From contig JBFWZE010000002.1 in assembly GCA_050185685.1 (NCBI GenBank), forward strand, positions 7,085 to 51,253: 44,169 bases of DNA, read 5' to 3'. How positions within the stretch are numbered: the first letter of the stretch is position 1; each line of letters starts with the position of its first letter. The position numbers and the translations under genes are program-made. This DNA is from Dehalococcoidia bacterium (GTDB lineage: Bacteria; Chloroflexota; Dehalococcoidia; DSTF01; WHTK01). Under the pieces are notes generated by a model. That model was not told where the DNA came from and searched no databases. It was given only the letters and a program-made list of their open reading frames with translations. Below, in pieces: positions 16,498 through 24,573 of the stretch.

Positions 16498-18462
16498 GTG
16501 ATCGACTTCACCGTCCCGTCCGCAGCCGAGATCGAGGCAGCGCAGCACCGCGCCATCGCCCAGGCAGACGCCATCGTTGCGGGCATCGTCGCGCTGCAGC
16601 CGGGGGAGCACAGCTTCGCGAACACGTTGCTGGCGCTCGAAGAAACGTCCGACCTGATCGAGAAGGTGCACGGACGCTACGGCTTCATGTCCTACGTCGC
16701 CGGTGACGCGGCGGTGCGAGGCGCTGCCGACACGCTACGTGAGGCACTCGAGAAGTACGAGATCGAGCTCGGCTTCCGAGAAGACCTCTACAAGGCCGTG
16801 ACCGACTTCGCCGAGACGGACGAGGCGCAGGGGCTGACGGGCGAGGACCAGCGCCTGCTGGAGCACACGCTGCGTGACTTCCGCCGCGACGGCTTTGCGC
16901 TGGAGCCGGAGAAGCGCGAGCAGGTGCGCCAGCTCAAGAACCGCCTCGTCGAGCTCAGCGTTGCCTTCCAGCGCAACATCGACGTCTGGGATGAGGCGAT
17001 CCACGTCGACCGCGATGGGCTGAAGGGCCTGCCGGACTCCTACATCGAGTCGCTGAAGTCAGAGCTGTACGAAGGCAAGACGGTCTACCGCGTCTCGCTC
17101 GACTACCCGGAGATGTACCCCTTCCTCGACAACGCAGAGTCGGAGCCGCTGCGCCGAGAGTTGATGGTGAAGAACTACCTCAAGGGCGGCCCCGACAACG
17201 TCAGGGTGCTCGAAGAGGCGATCGGCGTGCGCGACGAGCTGGCTCGGACGCTGGGCTACGCGTCGTGGGCTGCTTACGTCCTCGAGATCCGAATGGCGAA
17301 AGAGCCCGTTCACGTCACGGACTTCCTCGCAGGCCTGCGGAGCCAGGTCGCTTCGAAGCTCGAAACCGACCTCGAGGGCCTGCGCCAGGCGAAGCGCGAG
17401 CACACCGGCGACGCGAGCGCTGAGCTCGGGCTTTGGGACTGGCGCTTCTACCACAACCAGCTCATGAAAAGCCGCTACGCCGTCGACGACTTCGAGGTCG
17501 CGAAGTACTTCCCGCTCGATGCGGTGCTCGACGGTCTTTTCGACTCGATGCAGACGTTGCTCGGCGTGCGCTTCGAAGCGATCGAGCCCGCGAAGACTTG
17601 GCACCCGGACGTCCGGCTCTACCGCATCATCGACGCCGGGAGCGGTAACGAGGTGGCTCACTTCTTCATGGACCTCTTCCCGCGGCCGAACAAGTACGGC
17701 CACGCCGCCGCTTTCACGCTCGTAGGTGGGCGCCAGCTCGCGGACGGCAGCTACCAGACGCCGGTCAGCGCGATCGTCGCGAACTTCACGAAACCGACCG
17801 CGACGCAGCCCTCCCTACTGCGTCACAGCGAGGTCGAGACGCTCTGGCACGAGTTCGGGCACATCCTGCATCAGACGCTGACGACTGCCCGCCGCCTGAG
17901 CTTCTCGGGCACGCGCACGGAGACGGACTTTGTCGAGGCGCCTTCCCAGATGCTGGAGCACTGGATCTGGCGCCCCGAGGTCCTCGCGAGCTTCTCGCGC
18001 CACGTCGACTCCGGCGAGCCGCTGCCGCAGACGCTGCTCGACTCGATGATCGCGGCGAAGAACCTCGACTCGGCGCTGTTCATCGCCCGCCAGCTCTACT
18101 TCGCGGAACTCGACATGGCCTACCACGCCGAGGGCAGCAAGAAGGACACGACGGCGATCGCGGCGGCGCTGCACACGATTTCGGGCTTCCCGGCGCCAGA
18201 GCACACGCACTGGCAGTCCGGCTTCGGCCACCTCTTCGGCTACGACGCCGGTTACTACGGCTACAAGTGGTCTGAGGTATTTGCGGACGACATGTTCACG
18301 CGCTTCGCCGCGGCAGGCCCGCTCAACCCGCTGCTGGGGCTCGAGTATCGCTCCACGGTGCTGGCGCGCGGCGGCTCCGTAGACGGCGACGTGCTGGTGC
18401 GCGACTTCCTGGGCCGCGAGCCGAACAGCAAGGCGTTCCTGGAGAACAACGGAATCAGCTAG
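16498..18462 (+). CDS. M3 family metallopeptidase (oligopeptidase A / dipeptidyl carboxypeptidase-like)
   Basis: 654 aa with the zinc motif HEFGH (LWHEFGHILHQ), a downstream E in VEAPSQ, and M3-type C-terminal GY.AGYY.Y.W. Confidence 0.9.
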   Translation: MIDFTVPSAAEIEAAQHRAIAQADAIVAGIVALQPGEHSFANTLLALEETSDLIEKVHGRYGFMSYVAGDAAVRGAADTLREALEKYEIELGFREDLYKAVTDFAETDEAQGLTGEDQRLLEHTLRDFRRDGFALEPEKREQVRQLKNRLVELSVAFQRNIDVWDEAIHVDRDGLKGLPDSYIESLKSELYEGKTVYRVSLDYPEMYPFLDNAESEPLRRELMVKNYLKGGPDNVRVLEEAIGVRDELARTLGYASWAAYVLEIRMAKEPVHVTDFLAGLRSQVASKLETDLEGLRQAKREHTGDASAELGLWDWRFYHNQLMKSRYAVDDFEVAKYFPLDAVLDGLFDSMQTLLGVRFEAIEPAKTWHPDVRLYRIIDAGSGNEVAHFFMDLFPRPNKYGHAAAFTLVGGRQLADGSYQTPVSAIVANFTKPTATQPSLLRHSEVETLWHEFGHILHQTLTTARRLSFSGTRTETDFVEAPSQMLEHWIWRPEVLASFSRHVDSGEPLPQTLLDSMIAAKNLDSALFIARQLYFAELDMAYHAEGSKKDTTAIAAALHTISGFPAPEHTHWQSGFGHLFGYDAGYYGYKWSEVFADDMFTRFAAAGPLNPLLGLEYRSTVLARGGSVDGDVLVRDFLGREPNSKAFLENNGIS

Positions 18463-19577
18463 GACCTTCTGCTCGCGGCGCCGACCAGCTCTCGGTCGGG
18501 GACCGCATCGCCGTTGCTGTCCCCCGGCTTCACGAGGCCGTGCTCATACGCGTAGATGACGACTTGCGTGCGGTCGCGAACGTTGAGCTTCTCGAGGATG
18601 TGGAGCACGTGTGTCTTCACGGTGCCTTCCGAGATGAAGCACTGCTCCGAGATGTCGGCGTTCGAAAAACCCCGCGCCAGCAACAGCGTAACCTCCCGTT
18701 CCCGGGAGGTCAGGCTGAGCCAGGCAGGGTCGATGTTGGGGTCGGGGCCGTTGCCGCCGTCGTTGCGTACGACAGGCTCCGGCGGGACGGCCTCAGGTTC
18801 AGGAGGCGGCAGAAGTGCGAGGGGTGGCGGCGGCGGGCTCTCGGGCTCCGGCGTCGTCTGCTGTGGCGCCTTCGGCAGGTGACGGGCTCGTGAGCCGAGC
18901 ATCAGCTTCGCCCAGGACGCATGGACCGCGGAGAAGGCGGTGAGGATGTGCACTGAGAGCACCCAGCCAATCAGACCAAGCGGCATGAGAGGCAATGCTT
19001 CCCAGATCGTGTCGAAGTGAAACGGCCCGGAATCACCGAAGCGCACCGGGTCGCCGGAGACCAGCACGATCAAGGGTGAGATCATCCAGTAGAACGGGAT
19101 GCTGAGACCGACGACCACCGCGATGAAGGCGCCGATGCCGATCGGAAACTGTGCGAACTCATAGACGAGGCCGGTCCAGGTCGAGGGGTCGATGATCCGT
19201 TGCCAGACCTTCTGCCGGAACGACGTCACGTCCTCGAGGCCGTGCTGCGGGCGTCTGATCCCAGCCCGCGTCACGAAGTTGATCAGCCACACCTCTGCGT
19301 CGCCCAGCTTGAGCGAGATGTACATCGCGACAAAAAGAACGGGCGGGCCGATGAACGTCCAGACCATCGAGCCGCCGAAGGCAAAGGCGGTGACGAAGAA
19401 CATGAAGTAGGCGATGCCCAGGGGCATCATCAGCAGCAGGTGGACGAAGCGCAGGTACGAACGCAGCTCGAACACCGGCTTGAAGACGAGCGCCAGCGGG
19501 CTTCGACCGGGAGGATAGGCGACGGCAAATGGTGTGCTCATGGCCAGAATCGTATCTACGCCTTGGCGCGACGCCAT
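18459..19577 (-). CDS. membrane-embedded sensor domain fused to a LuxR-type HTH (one-component regulator)
   Basis: 372 aa. The N-terminal ~240 aa have 4-6 hydrophobic helices (LLLMMPLGIAYFMFFVTAFAFG...). A Pro-rich linker (PEPESPPPPPLALLPPPEPEAVPPEP) follows, then the GerE/LuxR HTH LTSREREVTLLLARGFSNADISEQCFISEGTVKTHVLHILEKLNVRDRTQ. There is no receiver or kinase domain. The start is uncertain (ATG 19577 or ATG 19541). Confidence 0.8.
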   Translation of the reverse strand: MASRQGVDTILAMSTPFAVAYPPGRSPLALVFKPVFELRSYLRFVHLLLMMPLGIAYFMFFVTAFAFGGSMVWTFIGPPVLFVAMYISLKLGDAEVWLINFVTRAGIRRPQHGLEDVTSFRQKVWQRIIDPSTWTGLVYEFAQFPIGIGAFIAVVVGLSIPFYWMISPLIVLVSGDPVRFGDSGPFHFDTIWEALPLMPLGLIGWVLSVHILTAFSAVHASWAKLMLGSRARHLPKAPQQTTPEPESPPPPPLALLPPPEPEAVPPEPVVRNDGGNGPDPNIDPAWLSLTSREREVTLLLARGFSNADISEQCFISEGTVKTHVLHILEKLNVRDRTQVVIYAYEHGLVKPGDSNGDAVPDRELVGAASRRS

Positions 19578-19611
19578 CTATCGTAAGACAGATTTTGCCT
19601 CTTCACCCCGT

Positions 19612-20841
19612 TCAGCCGCAGTTGCCGCCATGGCCTCCGGTGAATCCGGTGCTCGCGAACTTGTAGTCGCGGCTCCAGCTCGCATCGCGGCCGCGGTCGT
19701 AGAGTTCCGTCCCCGGCAGGACGAAGGTGGCGCGCAACGTTGCGAGGTCGATCAGGGACTTCGCCCCGAATTCGCCGACGCCCAGCTTGCCGTCCGGCGC
19801 GAGCGTTACCCAGAAGGTGCGGTCAAGCTCCGTGATCGTCTTCGTCCTGCGGTCGTAGATCCGCGTCTTGCCGGGGTTCGCGAAGTCGCAGTAGGCCTCG
19901 GTCCAGGCGACGAGGTCGGCCGTGGCGACAAGGGGCCAGTTCGCCGGCTGCCAGCGCGCCGTGGAGATGTAGGTCTGGGCGCCCGTCTTGACATCGATGA
20001 TGAAGAGGTTGGTCATGCCGCTCTGGACCGGAGCCGCGACCAGTAGCTCATCGACGCCCGCCGCAGCGACTCTCGCCGCCTCAAGCTGCAGCACCACCCT
20101 CGACGTAGCGACCTCTTCGACCGCGAAGCTGAGTCTGTCGCTGAAGGCGAGAGGGTTCGGCGAGAGCGTCCTCACCTGGTAGGTGCCGCCATTGAGCTCC
20201 GTCACCGTGAAGTCCGGGAAGACGGTCCCGACAGGCAGCGGCGCCTGCTGAAACGTCTTCAGGTCGATGACTGTACGCGCCGAGGCGCCGGTGACGAAGA
20301 CGACGCGGTCGTTGCCCATGAACCGAGGGTCGCGGCCGAGGGCGAGGGCGCGCCTCTCCCTGGTCGCGACGTCGTAGAGATAGACCTCGGTCGGGTTGTT
20401 GAGCGCCTGGGTTGAGTAGACCATTTTCTTGCCGTCGGGGCTGAATTGCCCCTGCGTCCCGGGTCCGAAGTTGGTCGCGGTGTTTGCCGCCACGTCGTAC
20501 AGCACGGTGTCCATACGGTCCGGCAGCGCCAGGGTCGAGGGGGTGAAGGGCGCGAGCTGCTTCTGCGTGACTACCGGTGTTGCGCGAGGGGCAGCGTCGA
20601 GCACGAGGTTTGCCGGCGTTGCCCCTGCTGCGGGCGTGAGGCCCGGGATCGGCGTCGAGGTGGCGGTCGCGGGAATGGCAGTGCTCGACGGCGTCGCAGC
20701 TACCTCTTGAGTGCCGCCGACAGATTGGGGCTCATCGGGATCGTCCGAGGTGCAGGCGACGAGCACAGAAGCGGCGAGGACACCGCCAAGCAGACCGGTC
20801 ATTGTTCGCAACAGCGTCATGCCCGGATTATGCCCGATCAC
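19612..20841 (-). CDS. beta-propeller-like lipoprotein, function unknown
   Basis: 409 aa with a signal peptide and lipobox (SVLVAC), a Thr/Pro/Ala-rich tether, and a PD40-like SPDGKKMVYS motif. The GTG at 20841 is preceded by GGAGA. The gene ends 34 nt upstream of the LuxR-fusion gene. Confidence 0.7.
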   Translation of the reverse strand: MIGHNPGMTLLRTMTGLLGGVLAASVLVACTSDDPDEPQSVGGTQEVAATPSSTAIPATATSTPIPGLTPAAGATPANLVLDAAPRATPVVTQKQLAPFTPSTLALPDRMDTVLYDVAANTATNFGPGTQGQFSPDGKKMVYSTQALNNPTEVYLYDVATRERRALALGRDPRFMGNDRVVFVTGASARTVIDLKTFQQAPLPVGTVFPDFTVTELNGGTYQVRTLSPNPLAFSDRLSFAVEEVATSRVVLQLEAARVAAAGVDELLVAAPVQSGMTNLFIIDVKTGAQTYISTARWQPANWPLVATADLVAWTEAYCDFANPGKTRIYDRRTKTITELDRTFWVTLAPDGKLGVGEFGAKSLIDLATLRATFVLPGTELYDRGRDASWSRDYKFASTGFTGGHGGNCG

Positions 20842-20967
20842 TGCTCTTTCTCCGCCGTCAGGGGCGTTCGGGCGGCGCTACAATCAGGTTCAAGATTTGA
20901 GCGCATGCCGCGGCAGCGGCCCTTTGGCGGGAGCCGGGTCTCCCGGCTTGATATTGGAGGAACGCTG

Positions 20968-22275
20968 ATGCCGGGAATCGACTGGGACGCGGTGGCCGCA
21001 GAGGCGGTTGACCTTCTGCAGCAGTACATCCGCATCGACACGACGAATCCCGCCGGGAACGAGGAGCCTGCCTGCGACTGGCTGTCCGCGCTGCTCGCGT
21101 CCGAAGGCATCGAATCCCAGAAGTACGTCTCGGCGCCCAACCGCGCGAACCTGATCGCGACGCTGCCGGGCTCCGACCCCGACCTCAAGCCGCTCGTCCT
21201 CCTCCATCACAACGACGTCGTCCCCTGCCAGCGCGAGTTCTGGCAGGTCGAGCCCTACGCCGGCGTGATCAAGGACGGCTTCGTCTGGGGCCGCGGCGCG
21301 CTCGACATGAAGGGCATGGGCGTGCTCGAAATCATGACCTTCCTCACCCTCAAGCGCCGCGGCGTGCAGCTGAAGCGGCCGGTGCGGCTGATGGTCGTCG
21401 CAGACGAAGAGGCGGGCAGCGACTTCGGCATCGAATGGCTTGACCAGCATCACCCGGAGCTCGTCGAGGACGCAGCCTTCGTGATCAATGAGGGCGGCTA
21501 CGGCGCCGAGAGCTTCCTCGGCGTCGAACGGCCTGCGTTCGGCATCTCGATGGCGGAGAAGAGCCCGGTATGGCTGAACCTCAAGGCGACGGGGCGTCCC
21601 GGCCACGGTTCAGCACCGCATGAAGACAACGTCGTCGACCGCATGGTGCGCGCGATGCACCGAATCCAGACCTGGGACCGCCCGCACGTCCTCACCGACC
21701 CGGTCGCGGACGCGATGCGCACCGCCTTCACGGAGGGCTACCTCGAGCTCGACCCGGACAAGGTGTCACCGGACGAGATCGGCGCCAAACATCGCACGCT
21801 GCAGATCCTCCTCACTAACACAATCAGCGCCACCGGCCTCAAAAGCGGCGTCAAGCACAACGTGATCCCGGCGACGGCCTCGACAACGATCGACTGCCGC
21901 CTCGTACCCGCTTACGACCGCGAGCAGTGGCTGAACGAGGTACGTGCACGGATCGACGACCCAAAGATCGACGTCGAGATCGAGTTCAGCGCGGAGAGCC
22001 CCGTGACGCAGTCGACCGAGATCAACGACGCGATCAAGGAGATCTGCAACGCGGTGATGCCCGAAGCCGCGATCCTGCATCGGGTCAGTGCGGGCTTCAC
22101 CGACTCGCGCACGTTCCGACGCCGCGGCGTGCCTGCCTACGGCTTCGTGCCGATGCTGCTGGGCCCGAACGAGCAGGGCGGCATGCACGGCAACGACGAG
22201 CGCATTTCGCTGGCGAACCTCCGGCTCGGCGTGGAGGTGCTCTACGGCGTCACGGAGCGCGTCTGCGCCCAGTAG
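20968..22275 (+). CDS. M20 family metallopeptidase (ArgE/DapE/ACY1/CPG2-like)
   Basis: The ATG at 20968 is preceded by GGAGGA (6-nt spacer). Motifs are LLHHNDVV, GRGALDMKG, ADEEAG and a C-terminal GGMHGNDERI. The 5' part of the track ORF (20446-20967) is antisense to the neighbouring gene and is not coding. Confidence 0.85.
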   Translation: MPGIDWDAVAAEAVDLLQQYIRIDTTNPAGNEEPACDWLSALLASEGIESQKYVSAPNRANLIATLPGSDPDLKPLVLLHHNDVVPCQREFWQVEPYAGVIKDGFVWGRGALDMKGMGVLEIMTFLTLKRRGVQLKRPVRLMVVADEEAGSDFGIEWLDQHHPELVEDAAFVINEGGYGAESFLGVERPAFGISMAEKSPVWLNLKATGRPGHGSAPHEDNVVDRMVRAMHRIQTWDRPHVLTDPVADAMRTAFTEGYLELDPDKVSPDEIGAKHRTLQILLTNTISATGLKSGVKHNVIPATASTTIDCRLVPAYDREQWLNEVRARIDDPKIDVEIEFSAESPVTQSTEINDAIKEICNAVMPEAAILHRVSAGFTDSRTFRRRGVPAYGFVPMLLGPNEQGGMHGNDERISLANLRLGVEVLYGVTERVCAQ

Positions 22276-22290
22276 CGAGGAGATCGCGAA

Positions 22291-22689
22291 ATGACACTCG
22301 AGCGCATCAACCCCGAAGGGATGCTGCAAAGTTCCGCCTTTAGCCAGGCGATCGCCGTCGATCCCGGCATGCGGCTGCTCTTCATCGGCGGCCAGGACGG
22401 CGTCGATGCGGAGGGCAAGGTTGTCGCCGACGACCTCGCCGGACAGACGCGTCAGATCCTGCGCAACATGCGGCTGATCATGGAGACCGCCGGCGGCAAG
22501 CTCGAAGACATCTTCAAATGGACGATCTTCATCGTCGAAGGGCAGGACCCTCGCGCGGGCTTCGGCGTCTTCCAGGAGGAGTGGGACCGGGCAGCGCCGC
22601 CGCCGATCGTTACCGCAGCCTTCGTCGCCGGCCTTGGAGTGCCCGGCGCTCTCGTCGAGATTGAGGCGGTTGCGGCGATTCCCGCATGA
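22291..22689 (+). CDS. RidA/YjgF family reactive-intermediate deaminase
   Basis: 132 aa with the layout SQAI....LLFIGGQ.G.D..G......D...Q..Q.L.N........GG.L.D..K...F and a C-terminal ALVEIEAVA. Confidence 0.85.
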   Translation: MTLERINPEGMLQSSAFSQAIAVDPGMRLLFIGGQDGVDAEGKVVADDLAGQTRQILRNMRLIMETAGGKLEDIFKWTIFIVEGQDPRAGFGVFQEEWDRAAPPPIVTAAFVAGLGVPGALVEIEAVAAIPA

Positions 22690-22701
22690 CGGCAGCCCGT
22701 G

Positions 22702-23889
22702 TCAGGCGACCCAGTAGCCGTTGATGAAGCGGATCGCCAGCACTGCCTGAAGCACCAGTCCTGCCGTCCACACGCCGTACTTCAATGCGGGACGCGGCTG
22801 AACGTAGACGGCGATGATCACAAATGCCCCGATCGAGGCGAGCACATAGCGCGGCATGCTGAACAGCACGCCGCTGCTCAGGGGAATGACCACCGCCGCG
22901 ACGCTGTACAGCCACCACGAAAGCGGGATCGTGCGGACACCGAGTGCCAGTACGGCGATGAACAACAGCGGCAGTCCCAGCTCCAGTGCCGGGATCAGCG
23001 GCGTGCTCGAGTTCGGGTCGTCCGGGTGGCGGATGAAGTCGGCGAGGGTCGTCAAGGGATTGCCGGGCTCTCGTCCCCAGCTCACGGACGAGACGGTCTG
23101 GAAGTAGAACGGGTCGCCGTGGCGTTCCCAGAGAAACAGGCACCAGGCGGCGAGCGGCGCAAGGCAGATGACCGCGGCGACGACGTAGACGGCCGCCGTC
23201 CGGGGCCGCTGGTCCCACCGTCGTAGCGCGAACAGCGCCAGGGGCAGAAACGTCGCAATCCCGACGAGCCGCGTGCCTGCCGCGATACCGGCGAAGAGCG
23301 AGCCCGCCACGAGGCGTTCGCGCTCGAGGCTGAGCAGCGTCAGTGCAGCCATCAGCAGCAGAAGCGATTCGGAGTACATCGCCACGCCGTAGAACGCGGT
23401 CGGGAAGGTCAGAACGGTGATCACGCTGCTCATTGCCACCCCAGACCCGGAGCGGTCCTTGACGAGGCGATGGAGTACCAGAAGAAAAGTGAGAAACGCC
23501 AGGTTGCTGATCAGCAGCCCCGCGACCACAACGTCGCCGGTGACCCAGCCGAGGACACGAATCAGCGTGGGATAGACGGGGAACCAGGCCTGTGTCCGGG
23601 GACCGTAGCCTTCGGTCGCGATCTGGATGAACCAGCCGCCGTCCCACTGCGCCCAGGAGCGCCAGTAGTCGAAGCTCCTGCCTTCGCCGACCGCCCCGGG
23701 TCCACCGTTTGCCACAAGCGGGACGAACCGCGAGCCCGCATAGGTCACCAGGATCAGCGCTACACGCCAGGCGAGGAAGATCAGGCTGACAAGGAGGGCG
23801 TCGGAGACAAGGGCGGATTCTCGCTCGGCGGTTCGGATACGACGAACGAGCGGTCGGGTGAACGACGGGAAATCGAGGGCGGGCTGAAT
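22702..23889 (-). CDS. integral-membrane mannosyltransferase, PIG-V-like (GT-C fold); proposed ATT start
   Basis: It carries WDGGWFIQIATEGY....FPVYP, characteristic of PIG-V-type proteins, and is polytopic. The first canonical start (GTG 23748) falls inside a transmembrane helix. The in-frame, GC3-rich sequence upstream encodes RRIRTAERESALVSDALLVSLIFLAWRVALIL, and GGGAGGA-CGCT-ATT is present at 23900-23887. The 3' end is secure but the start is uncertain (23748 versus 23889). Confidence 0.65.
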   Translation of the reverse strand: MQPALDFPSFTRPLVRRIRTAERESALVSDALLVSLIFLAWRVALILVTYAGSRFVPLVANGGPGAVGEGRSFDYWRSWAQWDGGWFIQIATEGYGPRTQAWFPVYPTLIRVLGWVTGDVVVAGLLISNLAFLTFLLVLHRLVKDRSGSGVAMSSVITVLTFPTAFYGVAMYSESLLLLMAALTLLSLERERLVAGSLFAGIAAGTRLVGIATFLPLALFALRRWDQRPRTAAVYVVAAVICLAPLAAWCLFLWERHGDPFYFQTVSSVSWGREPGNPLTTLADFIRHPDDPNSSTPLIPALELGLPLLFIAVLALGVRTIPLSWWLYSVAAVVIPLSSGVLFSMPRYVLASIGAFVIIAVYVQPRPALKYGVWTAGLVLQAVLAIRFINGYWVA

Positions 23890-24051
23890 AGCGTCCTCCC
23901 GGGGCGGACAGGGTTGGTCTCAGCTATCGTCACTCGTTAGAGAACGAATCGTCATGGCAGGAGCCTTGCGGAGTTGTGTCAAAACCGTTCCGCGAGTTTG
24001 TGCGGTGCTTCACCATTGCTCCATTCGTATACAGACTCGTAAAATGGCGGC

Positions 24052-24573
24052 GTGACTAGCTACTGGGGCGCCGTCCCTCGGACCGAAGCAACGCTTGAAA
24101 TCCAGTCGCTCCTCGAAGGGCTGTATCCCGGCGAGGGTGACCTGCTGACCGGCCTCCACCGCGTCCAGCACCATTACGGCTACGTGCCGAAAGAGGCGAT
24201 CCCTGCAGTCGCGCAGCATTTCCGACTGCCGCCCGCCCGCGTCTATGGCGCAATCACGTTCTACTCCGAGTTCCGCGAAACGCCGCCGGCAGAGACGACC
24301 GTCTCGTGGTGCAGCGGGCCAGCGTGCTTCGTGAAGGGCGGACTCGACATAAAGTCGATTCTCGAGACCCTCGTCGGCTGCCAGATCGGCGAAGAGACGG
24401 CGGACGGGAAGATCGGCCTCCACCTCGGTCAGTGCAACGGCACCTGCGACAACGCCCCCCAGGTCTGGGTGAACGGCGTCGTCATCGGGCCGCTCGACGC
24501 CCCGAAGACGGTGGAGCTGGTCCGCGAGCTGAAGGAACGCACGGGCGGAGATATCCCGCGAGAGAGCCACTGA
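24052..24573 (+). CDS. NuoE-like thioredoxin-fold [2Fe-2S] ferredoxin subunit
   Basis: 173 aa with the cysteine pattern C-x4-C (WCSGPAC) ... C-x3-C (GQCNGTC) and the flanks expected of NuoE/HoxE/HydC (HHYGY.P, FYSEF, NAPQVWVNG). Confidence 0.85.
   Translation: MTSYWGAVPRTEATLEIQSLLEGLYPGEGDLLTGLHRVQHHYGYVPKEAIPAVAQHFRLPPARVYGAITFYSEFRETPPAETTVSWCSGPACFVKGGLDIKSILETLVGCQIGEETADGKIGLHLGQCNGTCDNAPQVWVNGVVIGPLDAPKTVELVRELKERTGGDIPRESH

Noticed and set aside
18770-18870. Proline-codon-rich repetitive DNA here, and a similar stretch at about 40060-40150.
   Set aside because: Both are in-frame low-complexity linkers (PPPP/PEP runs) inside confidently called proteins. They are not independent DNA repeats or mobile-element ends.
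20446-20967. A 174-codon N-terminal extension of the M20 peptidase ORF in the six-frame track.
   Set aside because: The extension is antisense to the lipoprotein gene and translates to Arg/Gly-rich nonsense. A strong GGAGGA-N6-ATG at 20968 coincides with the start of homology.
23920-23922. The in-frame TGA between the ATG at 23955 and the glycosyltransferase body, as a possible selenocysteine or read-through codon.
   Set aside because: The codons between the ATG and the TGA lack the GC3 bias of real coding sequence here. No SECIS-like hairpin follows. An SD-ATT start downstream of the TGA explains the data more simply.
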